Origin: Heterodontus francisci
Taxonomy: Eukaryota
Direction of reading: 5' to 3'
NCBI RefSeq assembly: GCF_036365525.1
Contig: NC_090392.1
Coordinates: 61,443,247 to 61,507,246, forward strand
DNA length: 64,000 nt
A program made the translations under genes and the position numbers. The first letter of the stretch is position 1, and each line of letters opens with the position of its first letter. Under the pieces are notes generated by a model. That model was not told the DNA's origin and did not search any database. It saw only the letters and a program-made list of their open reading frames with translations. This document shows, piece after piece, positions 11,466 to 23,900 of this stretch.

Positions 11466-12029
11466 TGTGAGAAACGTAGCCCACTTAATAATAATTTACA
11501 CCAAGTCAAACTCTGAAGAAGTAAGTTTATTTAACGTTCTTGCAAGATCGGGTGTCCTACAAGCAGGCACACCGATCAACATATTCAGTTCATGTTTATA
11601 CAATACAAATCCATTTGTCCATGCCTTTATTTTACATTATTGGTTATAACGTATTATGACACTAACCTATCCTATGGTTGCTACAGTCTCCTCCTCTGTT
11701 TACTTCTCCCCCTACTCTAACTTTCTAGCCCCTAACTCTTGTTTTTGTTTTACCTTATTTGGCTCTCCATTGTGTGTTTTAACTTGCAGCTGTCAGCCTT
11801 TATCTTAGTGGGGCAGTTTCTTATTCACTACATCCTTTGTTCTAACTCTTGCTGTTTCTCTTTTCTCTGCCTAAGCACAATTTTTAACTGCTGTACTGTC
11901 TCAAGGTCTTTACTTACATACCCTTATCAGTTCTCTTTTTCAGTGATTTCATTATGTTGTGTAGAAATGACTTCTTGGTAATTTTCCACAAGCTGTAGAA
12001 ACAACATTTCAGTATTTTTTATTCTCACA
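11466..12029 (-). repeat. ERV 5' LTR (promoter: CCAAT 11639-11643, TATAAA 11595-11600, AATAAA 11526-11531)
   Basis: Repeat of 7312-7875 with two C/T differences found by eye. CCAAT, TATA and polyA motifs occur in the expected order on the minus strand. Confidence 0.95.
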
Positions 12030-12224
12030 ATCACAACATGGTACTGCTTGAATGAAGGTATGCCAGGGCGATTAAGAGCGAGTGGTGCCTGTTTGGCCAT
12101 ACCCGTCGAGGTAACCCACTGAATATTTCGGCAATCCTTGGCACTCTTTCCTGGGAATGACATGGGTTACCATCTTCTCAATGATCTAGGTCAACAGAGA
12201 GGCAGATGTAAAGTTGTTCCAGCT

Positions 12225-13828
12225 GCTGGAGGGATTGAGGTTCACAAGGAGGAGGTGTTATCAATTTTGGAAAGTGTGAAAATAGATAAGTCCCCTGGGC
12301 CAGATGGGATTTATCCTAGGATTCTCTGGGAAGCTAGGGAGGAGATTGCAGAGCCTTTGTCCTTGATCTGTATGTCGTCATTGTCGACAGGAATAGTGCC
12401 GGAAGACTGGAGGATAGCAAATGTTGTCCCCTTGTTCAAGAAGGGGAGTAGAGACAGCCCTGGTAATTATAGACCTGAGAGCCTTACTTCGGTTGTGGGT
12501 AAAATGTTGGAAAAGATTATAAGAGACAGGATTTATAATCATCTTGAAAAGAATAAGTTCATTAGCGATAGTCAGCACGGTTTTGTGACGGGTAGGTCGT
12601 GCCTCACAAACCTTATTGAGTTTTTCGAGAAGGTGACCAAACAGGTGGATGAGGGTAAAGCAGTGGATGTGGTGTATATGGATTTCAGTAAGGCGTTTGA
12701 TAAGGTTCCCCATGGTAGGCTGTTGCAGAAAATACGGAAGTATGGGGTTGAAGGTGATTTAGAGCTTTGGATCAGAAATTGGCTAGCTGAAAGAAGACAG
12801 AGGGTAGTGGTTGATGGCAAATGTTCATCCTGGAGTTTAGTTACTAGTGGTGTACCGCAAGGATCTGTTTTGGGGCCACTGCTGTTTGTCATTTTTATAA
12901 ATGACCTGGAAGAGGGTGTAGAAGGGTGGGTTAGTCAATTTGCGGATGACACTAAGGTCGGTGGAGTTGTGGATAGTGCCGAAGGATGTTGTAGGGTACA
13001 GAGGGACATAGATAGGCTGCAGAGCTGGGCTGAGACATGGCAAATGGAGTTTAATGCGGAAAAGTGTGAGGTGATTCACTTTGGAAGGAGTAACAGGAAT
13101 GCAGAGTACTGGGCTAATGGGAAGATTCTTGGTAGTGTAGATGAACAGAGAGATCTTGGTGTCCAGATGCATAAATCCCTGAAGGTTGCTACCCAGGTTA
13201 ATAGGACTGTTAAGAAGGCATATGGTGTGTTAGCTTTTATTAGTAGGGGGATCGAGTTTCGGAGCCACGAGGTCATGCTGCAGCTGTACAAAACTCTGGT
13301 GAGACCGCACCTGGAGTATTGTGTGCAGTTCTGGTCACCGCATTATCGGAAGGATGTGGAAGCTATGGAAAGGGTGCAGAGGAGATTTACTAGGATGTTG
13401 CCTGGTATGGAGGGAAGGTCTTACGAGGAAAGGCTGAGGGACTTGAGGTTGTTTTCGTTGGAGAGAAGGAGGAGGAGAGGTGACTTAATAGAGACATATA
13501 AGATAATCAGAGGGTTAGATAGGGTGGATAGTGAGAGTCTTTTTCCTCGGATGGTGATGGCAAACACGAGGGGACATAGCTTTAAGTTGAGGGGTGATAG
13601 ATATAGGACAGATGTCAGAGGTAGTTTCTTTACTCAGAGAGTAGTAGGGGCGTGGAAAGCCCTGCCTGCAACAGTAGTAGACTCGCCAACTTTAAGGGCA
13701 TTTAAGTGGTCATTGGATAGACATATGGATGAAAATGGAATAGTGTAGGTCAGATGGTTTCGCAGGTCGGCGCAACATCGAGGGCCGAAGGCCCTGTACT
13801 GCGCTGTAATGTTCTAATTCTAATTCTA
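12225..13828 (+). mobile_element. Young 5'-truncated CR1 LINE with uninterrupted RT reading frame
   Basis: ORF 12138-13748 is open for about 505 aa of ORF2 (QHGF, DFSKAFD, GVPQGSVLGP, FADD). The 3' UTR ends in (ttctaa)n. The first ~30 codons are flanking DNA and there is no endonuclease domain. Confidence 0.97.
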
Positions 13829-14918
13829 TGGTAACTTTACTATAGGATCACGTGCAGGGAAAGTAGAGGTCAGCTGTGGCCTGAAACTTGGCTGCACCTC
13901 TTTGTAAGTAATGAAGATTATTGGAATGCTGACTTTATGAACTGACACAGAGAGGGAAACTTTCCTTGTAACTATTTCATGGACCAAAATCTCAATGTCA
14001 AAGATGGGGTCAGCTGCTGGGCTGCTCTGTCACTTGCTTGCAGATGTACGACTGCAGATGTTGTTCTCTGCCTCTTCATTCCATTCATTAGTTCTTAATT
14101 CCATATCCAGGTAAGCCTTTGGCTTGGAAAATGAAATAATCAAATACTTTGAAATACATGTATTGTTGTTGTTATGTGGGGAGGGTAGAGTTTATGGTAG
14201 GCTAGGTTGTACATGGTCTGTGGAAAGAGTGGGATTGAAAGGCAAAGCATTTTTTTCTCATTGCATGATTTGTTATGTTCTAAAATTATATCGATTGCTG
14301 CTTCAAATGTACCCTGCGTCCCACTTGAGAAAGAAGCTGAGGTGAACATGGAAACAAAGTGTGTGCTAAAAGTCAGTTCTTTCATGAGTACTTCTGTTAA
14401 AAGATCTATATCTTCCACTGCTACAGAACAGCTGTTTTGTGATGTGTTTCTTTAAAGGTTAACCATGCAATTTTTCAGAAAGCTGAATTAATTCTTCTAT
14501 TGATGAACTGTGCAGAGAAGTTAGCCACTTGAAGAATGCTGATGGATTGTAAACTTATTTAGAGAAGTCAAGCCAGTACTGATATTACCCCATTAAAATG
14601 TCAGTGGAAAGAGGATATTCAAATCAGGCATCTCTGCAGAAAGGACAAGGCTAGATAATTATAGACTCGACATGTCATTGCTGGTATCTCTGCCTTGCTA
14701 TTTTTCTCCTTCATGTGACAAATAAGCACTGCTTAGCAATTCTGATTAGTGAAAAATGACATTTAAAATGCTTGTGGAAGCTCTGGTGCAGAAATGTTTT
14801 TCCAAAATCTCATCTCCTCATGACACGGCTGCAGCGCAGATTAATTTATGTAACAATTCTTCAACAAAGTAATAAATTGAGTGTGCATCCCACCTTACTG
14901 TAACCTTTGAGAAGGCAT

Positions 14919-15095
14919 GGGGTAGAAATTCATCTTAGCCGCAGCACAAAACCGGTGGCATCGCATCAGCCGCCTGTTACAAATCGCACCCAATAGCCAG
15001 TTGAATTTAACAGAAATGAATATCATTCGAGGCATATAACAGTCGGACCGTGCAATAATGTTCGTTCAGCATCCTGCCCAAGTTGAGTTTCACCG
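14919..15095. mobile_element. Short degenerate palindromic MITE
   Basis: ggggtagaaattcatcttag at the left end versus ccaagttgagtttcacc at the right end (imperfect inverted repeat). Confidence 0.4.
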
Positions 15096-16129
15096 TCACT
15101 GTTTCAAATCTGAAAAGCAGATGCCTAACACTGAATGCATATAAAATAACCAGTTAATGCATACCTTCACCATTTGAATACAGTTCATGTGAGCCTTGAA
15201 TGAGAATCTCTATGATGGGTGGGCAGAATTACATTCTTCTTGTTCTTCACATGAAATGAAGCCACTAAAGAATTTTTTGTTTCCTGGAAACAGTTGAAAC
15301 TGAGAGAAAGCAAATGTAGAAATGATCGATCCGTTGTGGTTTCCAAGCTACTGATGAGTTTGTTCGATGATCTGCATCTGGAACTGCAATCCTGTTTAAC
15401 ATGCTTGTCTGAACATTGTCTTTATTGGCCATATAGTACATACCATGGAGCTTCAGGAGCTTGGTTAAGTTTAAATCCATGTTTCTCTTACTTTACGCAC
15501 ATCACTATATTGCTTGTACCAACAGATCTTGGTGTTCTAATTTACAATTTATCCACCAATAAAGGATCAGCATTAAAACCTGCCCTTTCCAAACCCTATA
15601 TAAATATATATGTATGTATGTATGTATGAGTAAAATTAGTTGTTTATAGAAACTAAACTGAGTTGTGCTGCCACATAATTTATGAGCACCTCAGATAGCA
15701 TCGAGTTCTGTTGATGAATGAATTTTTTCCATAATGCACTGTTACCTGATGTGTTAAAAAGAGAAAACTTGCAATGCTGGAAATCTGAACGAAAGCTCCA
15801 ATAACTGCTGGAAATATAATCAGCATTTAGAAACCACATACTTTCTTATTCTCTGACATGTTCTTGTTTTAAGATGTAACTGTGCAGTTGGAGTTTAGTT
15901 ATGGAGGATGTTAACTAAACAGAAAATGAGAAGTGTACAGGCAGTCACTTATTCAGCTACCATGACTTTAATAATAAATTATTCTGTAGAAATGATGATT
16001 AGCTGAACTTAAGGATAAGAAAGAAGCTCTCATCAGTTGTCATATTTAGGATGAAACATCTGTGCAGGATATATGTATTACCAGATATTGTACACCACAT
16101 AGAAAATAAATATTTGGTTAGAAGCAACT

Positions 16130-16437
16130 CGCCAAGGCTCCTATGACAGCACCTTCCAAATCCACAACCTCTAGCTAGAGAAATAAGGGCAGCAGGTGCA
16201 TGGGGACATCACAACCTCCAAGTTCCCCTGACTTGGAAATATATCACCACTTTTTCACTGTCACTGGGTCAAAATTCTGGAACCCCCTTCCTAACAGCAT
16301 TCTAGGTGTACCTATACTACACGGACTGCAGCAGTTCAAGAAGGCGGTGCACCACCAACTTCTTAAGGAAAATTAAAGATGGACAATAAATGCTGGCCAA
16401 GCCAGAGATGCCCACGCCCCATGAAGGAATAATAAAA
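16130..16437 (+). mobile_element. CR1-clade LINE 3' end (same family as 1550-3180)
   Basis: gccaaggctcctatgacagcaccttccaaa...gggtcaaaattctggaac...caataaatgctggcc...cccatgaaggaataataaaa. Confidence 0.75.
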
Positions 16438-16836
16438 GAGGTAGGTTCTGTGCAAATGTTGGAACTATCTGAATGCGGTTTCCTCTCTACTTAAAGAATA
16501 GGCATTTGGCCTACAATAATAAAGTAACGAATCATATCACAGAGGATTTCATGTAAACTAGGGACACATCAGTGCTAATTACCACTTGCTTCTGGTTTCC
16601 TGATTGGGGTTGAGGAGCAATGTCTTTGGGACTTTAACATAATTTGCTCAACCTAAATTTTATATTTTTTACGACTGCGACCCTATACACAATTGAATGG
16701 GGGATATGCCAGGGCACAAGGGGAAGTGGGCTCGGGTTCAAGATTTAAAGAGGGAAATCAGAAATTGTTTCTTTACACAGAGTGAGATCAACAGTCATAA
16801 TAAATTACCAGGAAGGATGATTGAGGTTGAGTCCAG

Positions 16837-17499
16837 GGGCTGAATTTAACCGGCCTCTGGGCGGCGGGAACCCAGGTGGGGGGCTGTTAAAATAGCAGGG
16901 AACTGCATCCCGCCACTGGGGAGATTTCCCACTGGCGGGCAGGAGGCAGGCCCAGGTGCGGATCAGTTGCCAATTCCATGGAGGTGGGCAACCAATTTGC
17001 ACATTACAGGCCCCAATTAGGGGCCGTTGGCCACGTGGGCTGGCCGCCAACTTCATGGAGGTGATCTCCCCTCAGCAACCCAGGGTGAGGGGGCTGACAT
17101 CAACAGAGCCGGAGGCTCCATGGCCCAAAGATGGGGCCACGCGGACAAGAGGCAGACCTCGCAGCCCTGATGAATCCCCCTGGAGGGCTTTCCTCTCTGA
17201 TTGGCAGGACCTTCTGCCCTCGGCCATCCTGAATATTTTATTTGAATGTATCTGTCCCAGGTCACCTCCATTTTGAGATGGCCCCGAGCTCTCCGAGCTT
17301 CTACAGCACCGCCCACCTTTCCTGGAGGCACTGCTGAGGCTTCTGATTGGGCCAAGCAGCACGGAGAGTCCACCCGCTGTCCTTAATTGGACAGCAAGCC
17401 TGGAGGCAGCCAATTAGGAGACTGCCTCCAGTAAAATCACTGAGCCTATCCCGCTAATCCTGATGTCGGAGTCCTGAAGACCACAGGAAAATCCAGCCC
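16837..17499. mobile_element. Harbinger-type MITE
   Basis: TIRs gggctgaattt / aaaatccagccc; GC-rich interior similar to 19388-20483 and 53109-53863. Confidence 0.75.
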
Positions 17500-18355
17500 C
17501 CAAACTCTTACAAGGAAGAAATAGATGTTATAATGGGGGGATGGCAGAGCTGTTATTCTGGAAGGATGAGATCAAGTCATTTGAAGCGTACTCTTTAACT
17601 GAATGTACTTCTGATCTTTTGAAAATGTGAGAGTTTTTGTTGTTTATAGTGACAAATGAGGTTAGATTTAAGGACACTTTTGACCTTTTCCCCTCAGCAG
17701 CATAATAAATAACCAATCTAAGCAATATTGGTTTACTAGGAGCTCTGAAGATTGTTAAGAGTTATGGCTAAGGATGTAAGAATCTAATAAAATCTACTGA
17801 GAGGTGTTATTCCATTGTTTGAAGACAGCACCAATAATGCTATATTGCCAACCAGAGTAACAAAGTTCACAAGAATTACTTCTATTTCTCAAAAATTTGG
17901 GGTAAATCTAAAAAAAATCACAGTTGATGCTCTCAGCCAGTAAAATGTCCATGAATACTGTGATTACACAATAGGGTGACTTTGATAAATGAAATTCTAA
18001 GCCAATTTATCGCCTTGTAACTCACTGCTAGCTGTGTAATAGACATGTAAATATTTTTGTATATTTGTGAAAAGTCATCAGATCCTCTTTAGAATAGATC
18101 GATGTTATTTAATATTCTGTATTGATTTGTGTTTTTGTTAGAGAGGGGTGGTTCCTGAGTTTGGTTTAAGGAGACAAAGGGAGAATGCATTGAACCAGAT
18201 GGACCATGAGCTGTCCTCTTAGGGAATGCAACATGAGATCAATGGTTAATGACTGCATAGTAAATGGATGTTAAGAAAGATCCAGTCTGTTGCAAATAGG
18301 ATAGATTTGTCACAGCTTATCATTAATGATCAATCCATGTGAGTCTGGAATCAAC

Positions 18356-18960
18356 GGGCTGGATTTTATTTTCAAATGGCAGCCCGCGTGTGCAGGCAGT
18401 GTGCCACCATGCTGCCGCGATCTTGAGGGCCACCTTGGCGATGCCGTGCACAGCGTCAGCTGTCTCTGGGCAGGCGCTGGCACCTTTTTTAAAGGGCTGC
18501 CAGCCCTGCTCAGAGAATGCAGAGATGCCCCCATTCCTCCCACCTCCCACTACCCTAAAAATAAATGTTTGGCCTGTTCCCTCCCCCACCAATACACTGA
18601 AATTGCAGAGTTGACCCCTTTCCCCCCCCAACTGCACAAAGTGCAGAGGTCACCCCTTCCCCCCACAACATTAAAACACAAAGTTGACCCCGTCCCTCAC
18701 CACCCCCCACCTCCACCTCCACTAAAAATGCAACGATCATCCCTTCCCCACCTTGGTGGCACTAGCTTTCCCTGGACAGGAAAATGAAGGTGCGTGAGTG
18801 CCGCCCATTGCACTGAAGATCCAGATCCGACAGTAAGATTGTGGGGAAGTGGATTTAAATGTATGCTTAAAGTTAATTTCAATATTTAAAGTTGCGTCCC
18901 GTTGCTGGGGGCGGTGGTGGGTGGGGGTGGGGGGGGTGGTGTTGTGCCATGGAGTTTGGA
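18356..18960. mobile_element. Partial Harbinger-type MITE
   Basis: Left end gggctggatttta; the ggcgctggcaccttttttaaagggc block is the reverse complement of the block in 6459-7238. The right end is not resolved. Confidence 0.55.
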
Positions 18961-19387
18961 CCCGGTAATCCCGGCATGAATAGTACTCTCTTTGACAGTG
19001 ACCAGGTTGCTTTGTCCATCCCACCAATCAATATCCTCCTTATCTATCTGATTGTAACCATAACATCTCCCTTCCCCAACAGCATCACATTGCGGGTCCC
19101 CAAAGAATTCAACCTTGGCTCCCTCCCTCTGCAGTCTAACATGATCTAGAAGCAATTTTAACCTAACTCGCCAGGTGGGAGACCAATGGGATCGGGTGGA
19201 ATGTTCGTTTTACATCCTAACCAATCTCCATTGACTCAAAAGTGTAAAATTGATTTTGTCAGTCTCCCGATAAGGTATGGGTTAAGTTAGAGTTATGTCA
19301 GATTTACAAGCACGTGAATGACACCTAGCTGTACCTCTCCACCTCTTCATTTGACCCCTTCATTGCCATTCTCTTATCAGGTTCCTT

Positions 19388-20483
19388 GGGCTGAATTTTT
19401 GGGTCCCGCTGAGGTCGGCAACAAAGGTGGACAAGACATGAAAATACCAGTGCCAGCAGCGTGCTGGTTTACTGAGCCTGTTCCTGTTGCAGTCCATATT
19501 TGCCAAGGTGGGTTAGGGGCCAGCAGGGCTACCATGAGACAGGTAGCCAGTTAGGCTCATTAAGAGATAAAAACAAGAAATGCTGGAACCACTCAGCAGG
19601 TCTGGCAGCATCTGTGGAAAGAGAAGCAGAGTTAACGTTTCGGGTCAGTGACCCTTCTTTGGAACTAGCAAATATTAGCAATGACAAAGGTTATAAGCAA
19701 GTGAGGCGGGGGTGTGAGATAACAAAGGAGAAGGTGTAGATTGGACAAGGCCACACAGCTGACCAAAAGGTCATGGAGCAAAGGCAAACAATATGTTAAT
19801 GGTGTGTTGAAAGACAAAGCATTAGTACAGATAGGGTGTTAACGGACTGAAGATTGAACAGCAGCAAGTACAAAACGTTAACTTTGCTTCTCTTTCCACA
19901 GATGCTGCCAGACCTGCTGAGTGGTTCCAGCATTTCTTGTTTTTATTTCAGATTTCCAGCATCCGCAGTATTTTGCTTTTATTTTAGGCTTATTAAGAGA
20001 TCTGCCTCCATGCCACAGTTTCCTAACACATCTACCTGGAGCCGGGCACCCAGCAGCAGGCCGGCTGTCCAGTGTTCCAAGCAGACCTACCGCCCCTCCT
20101 TGCCTGCCTGGGAGCGGGTACAGCCAAAGGCCACCTTGTAGATGGATTCCCCCACCAATCCCCTTAACTCCAACTGTGGTGGCCTGGCTGCTGAATCTGT
20201 TTTTTATTTAAAGTTTTAAAAAAGTTAGTGTAAGGGTGCCTCCACATTTAAGTGCCCCTCTACTGCAGCCGGCTGCTTCTCTCAAGCTGGAAGGTCTTTG
20301 ATTGGCCCTCCAGCTTCGAGAGCCCGCCTGCCAACCTTAATTAGACAGGGAACCTGCCTCCATGCCAAGTAAAGGGGCGTCTCCATGAAAATCGCTAAGA
20401 ATGACTGCTTCCCTCCTGGGGCAGGTATGGGGCCTGGAAACAGTCCTGACTCCTGTTTCCATCCCCGGAGGGAAACTCCAGCT
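19388..20483. mobile_element. Harbinger-type MITE, interrupted by a Penelope-derived insert
   Basis: Termini gggctgaatttt / aaactccagc; collinear around the 19569-19983 insert. Confidence 0.7.
19569..19983. mobile_element. Short Penelope-like insertion with inverted terminal arms
   Basis: Arms of about 75 bp (19566-19640 vs 19873-19947) homologous to the Penelope terminal repeat at 47948-48135. 18-bp TSD with one mismatch, ttaggctYattaagagat (19551-19568 / 19984-20001). Confidence 0.85.
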
Positions 20484-20789
20484 GCTTGCCTGACATCCAG
20501 GGCTGAATTTTCAGGTTGGAGGCAGGAAGCGGAAGTCAGGACTGTTTCCGGGTAACCAACCCGCCCCCACAGAGAAACAGATTAGAGTCACGATTTTCAG
20601 GGGTCAACCCCTTAATTGGTTTATAGTCAGGTTTGGCAGCCAATTAGTGGTTGTGGGGGTGGGAATGGAGGCGGGCCATATGAAGTGGGGGCCCAATTTA
20701 AACTCCCCACGGCAGCCATTACTGTGGCTGCTGTGTGAGTGTTGAAGGAGCAAACAGAAAATTGCTGTTGCACCTTGGCAGTGTCCCAT

Positions 20790-22409
20790 GATGTCATTGG
20801 AAAGCCGAAGGCCCGGCACCTGGCACAGGGCAGCCCCTCGGTCATCAGACAACGACCTTGAAGTGATCCTGGAGGCCGAGGGAGGTCCTCTTCCAGGAGG
20901 GTGGCATGAGGAGGACACCCATACAGGCAAAGAAGGCCCAGGTTGAGATAGCAGCCACTGTCAGCAGAAGAAGTGTCATCAGATGATCCTGGATTCAGTG
21001 CCAGAGGAAGTTCAATAAACCGATACATTCTGGCAAGATGAGTGTAGCTCCCAACAGTCAGTACAGGTTGCACGGCTTGCACCTTCCAGCAGACACACCA
21101 CCTGAGGAGCCTCAGGGCACATGCTGCTCTTGAATATGGGAGGGGTGTGTGCCCAGGGCACTCATTCACCCCTCAGAATGGCTCAGAGTCCTGCTGCTGC
21201 TGAAAACCTGTCACTACTGAAACCTGCAGTTTGTACTGGATAGGGGAAGATGCAATTGGCCACAAAGGATAGCAGTGCCTTATCTCATTCTCTTCTGTCC
21301 TTGCAGGAGAAATGGGCACATAATGCCTGGGAAATGGTGCAAACCGGTGGAGGGTCACACCAAGGAAGACCAAGTGATGGAGATAGCCAGGATTGCGGAC
21401 AGGAAGTTGGCCCTGGCGAAATGGGAACTGATGGTGGAGATGGTGATTACAAAGGGCAAAGTGCTCATTAGGGTGGTGCAGTGCACACCGTACCAGACGA
21501 TAGCATGCCAAGCACTGAAATGCATAGGGCAGCCTCAGCACTGTAGTGGCTTCCGATCATATAAGCTAGCTCTCATGATCTCTTCTTATGTGTCCCACAG
21601 GTGCAGACACAAGGTCCAGAGACCTTCCCTGTCTCCCTCAGCGGCCCCAGAATACCAGCAACTGAAGAAGCACTATCACACCTTACAATGCACCGTCCAC
21701 AAGCGCAGATACTCTCAACTTCGTGGGTCCTGCAAGTGTTAGATAGTGTGGCACTGGGTGAGCAGCATGGCACGAGTGTGCAGGAGGAGGTGCCACAGGT
21801 AGAGGCAGCTGTGGGCAGTCCCCCTCAGAGGAGGGAGGACAGACACTGTCCTGTACAGCTGGGCACAGATGCAGGACCTCAGGAGCCACAGGAAAAGAGG
21901 CTCTACCAAGAACTGCAGCAGCAGATGTGCTTCCTGGCGCAGTGTGGGGACATGGGCAGAGAATGGGAAGGTCCATCCAGCTCATGTGCATTACAATGGC
22001 TCAGGGCTATAAGCGCATGAGCTCCTCCATAGAGACAGTGGCCAATCTCGTGGACAGCCATATGTGGCAGCACTTCGAGTGCATGCAGGAAATGTGCACT
22101 GATGTCCAAAGGATGCATCCCACACTGTGTAGCCTGGACAGGTCAGTGGTGCTGGGGGCACAGAGATGTTTGGCGTGGATGCTAGTTGCGCTCTATCTTG
22201 TGTCCTCCTCCAACCACCCAGTACGCCCACCAAGGTGTGAGGATGTCAAGGAGGAGGAGGAGGGTGCTTCCCCTCATGGGGCACCTTCATCATTCTCAGC
22301 CTCCTTGGCTCTTCTGGCAGTCGGAGCATCTGTGCAGCAGGGCCAAGTGATGGAGGCTGGCCCTGCAATGATGCAGGTGCAGCAGCCTCTGGCGTTGCCC
22401 CGTCCATGA
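20790..22409 (+). pseudogene. Harbinger Myb/SANT-like (trihelix) DNA-binding protein gene, spliced and decayed
   Basis: Exon 1 RAAPRSSDNDLEVILEA...REVLF...EIAATVS...SWIQCQRKFN with donor mutated to aag|atgagt at 21037. Exon 2 follows ttgcag at 21307 (EKWAHNAWEMVQTGGG). Exon 3 follows cccacag at 21601. Confidence 0.8.
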
Positions 22410-22899
22410 CAAGGATGACCACCACATGCATCTCAGCCGCAGGCAGAGACAATTGAGCAGGCTGCCTCCACCTCCTCCGAGACCACAAGGTGAGCACCAC
22501 ATAGGAATGGCCAAGCGTGGAAGCCACCATGTTGCATGGAGCACTGAGTGGGTCACTAGGTTGTCTCTTAATGTCTCTGTGCACTGTTTCCCTCTCATCA
22601 CTGTACAAATAATGAAACTTTAAACCACACATCTGAGACTCCTTTTATTGCTGGCATGACAAGAAAAGTGATGTGAGGTGGTGAAGGAAATCAAAGGTTC
22701 CTGCTTGGTGAGGGCAAAGGCTCTGGGCAGATGTGCATCCTTTATTGGCGATAAGAGTTTAGATGTTTCCACCTGCGTCTTCAATGGATGTGTCAGCACA
22801 GATACCTCAGACTGACTTCCATACCATGCCCTTCATTCTGGGTCAGAGGGACTCAGCTGAAACATTCCTGAGTCATATGATCCCTGACATTCATTGCAT

Positions 22900-23900
22900 C
22901 CTGACGAGAACTTTGCACCTGCACTGTCCCGACACTTCCTTGTGTTCTGCCTCCTTCCCCTTCACCTCCACTTCCCCCACCTCCTGCTCCCCATCTTCCT
23001 CTGGTAAGGTGTCTTGTTCCAGGGCCTCAGCATCCTCAAGATCCACAGCTTTCTGGAGGGCCATGTTACGGACATGAAGCAGACCACCACAATGAGCGAG
23101 ACCCTTGCAGCAGTATATTGGAGGGCACCACTCGAAAGGTCCAGGCTCTAGAATCGCATCTTGAGAAGCCCGATGGCCTGCTCAATGTTTATCGTAGAAG
23201 ATGGTTTCGGTGATATCGCTTCTGTGCCTCTGTCTCAGATGCTTGTAGAGGGGTGAGTAGCCGTCCCTTCAAGGGATATCCCTTGTCCCCTCGGATCCAT
23301 CCACAGACTTTGGGGAGTGAAGTGAAGATCTGTGGCAACTTGGACTGGTGGAGGATGAAGGAGTCATGGAAGCTGCCAGGAAAGCAAGCGCACACATAGA
23401 GGAAGCACTTGCTATGGTCACAGACCAGCTAAATGTTGAGGGAGTTGTAGCCCTCCCTGTTGATGAATCTCATTAGCTGGTCACTGGGTGCCTTGATGAC
23501 CATGTGGGTGTAATCAATGATTCCCTGCATCTGGCGGAATCCAGCGATGGTGGCGAAACTCACTGTTCTCTGTCCCTGTGAAGCTTCATCTGTTGAGAAA
23601 TGAATGTACTGCCCAGCTCTGGCAAAGAGGGCACCAGTGACCTGCGAGATGCTGCCATTTGCAAGATGCTACTCAGGTCCGCAGCTAATCCTTGGAAGAA
23701 GCCAGATGCAAAGAAGTTCAAGGTCACAGTGACTTTGACGGCTACTGGAAGGGCATGATGACCAGTATTGTGAGGCCTTTGACCATCTGTCTGGAGTGTC
23801 CTGGACCTCGGTCATCTCCAGGTAGCTCCTTCTTCAGCGGCAGATCCTAGGTGGAGGGTATGGCCTCCATGTCCTTCCTGCCCCTTATGCCTCTCCGCTG
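22900..23900 (-). pseudogene. Harbinger (HARBI1-like, DDE_Tnp_4) transposase, decayed
   Basis: HALPVAVKVTVTLNFFASG, GIIDYTH, FINREGYNSLN, FPGSFHDSFIL, GDKGYPL...LLTP and EQAIGLLKMRF motifs, with stops and frameshifts. Confidence 0.92.

Larger units (their letters stand above)
7312..12029 (-). mobile_element. Endogenous retrovirus (class I, gamma/epsilon-like), internally deleted provirus
   Basis: Two 564-bp TG...CA LTRs, 4-bp TSD ATCA (7308-7311 / 12030-12033), tRNA-Pro PBS, PPT, and gag, integrase and env remnants. Confidence 0.97.

Noticed and set aside
12138-13748. 536-aa ORF as a host gene or domesticated reverse transcriptase
   Set aside because: It is a 5'-truncated CR1 ORF2. The TTG start and first ~30 codons come from flanking DNA, and the LINE 3' UTR and tail follow directly.
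15294-15629. 111-aa ORF following an acceptor-like site
   Set aside because: No recognisable motif, no clear donor and no partner exon.
18900-18945. G-runs as functional G-quadruplexes (also about 6800, 36090-36125, 60720-60755)
   Set aside because: Low-complexity tracts, mostly inside repeats, with no evidence of function.
22900-23900. Host HARBI1 gene
   Set aside because: Multiple stops and frameshifts, and it lies within TIRs and a TSD, so it is a transposon copy.
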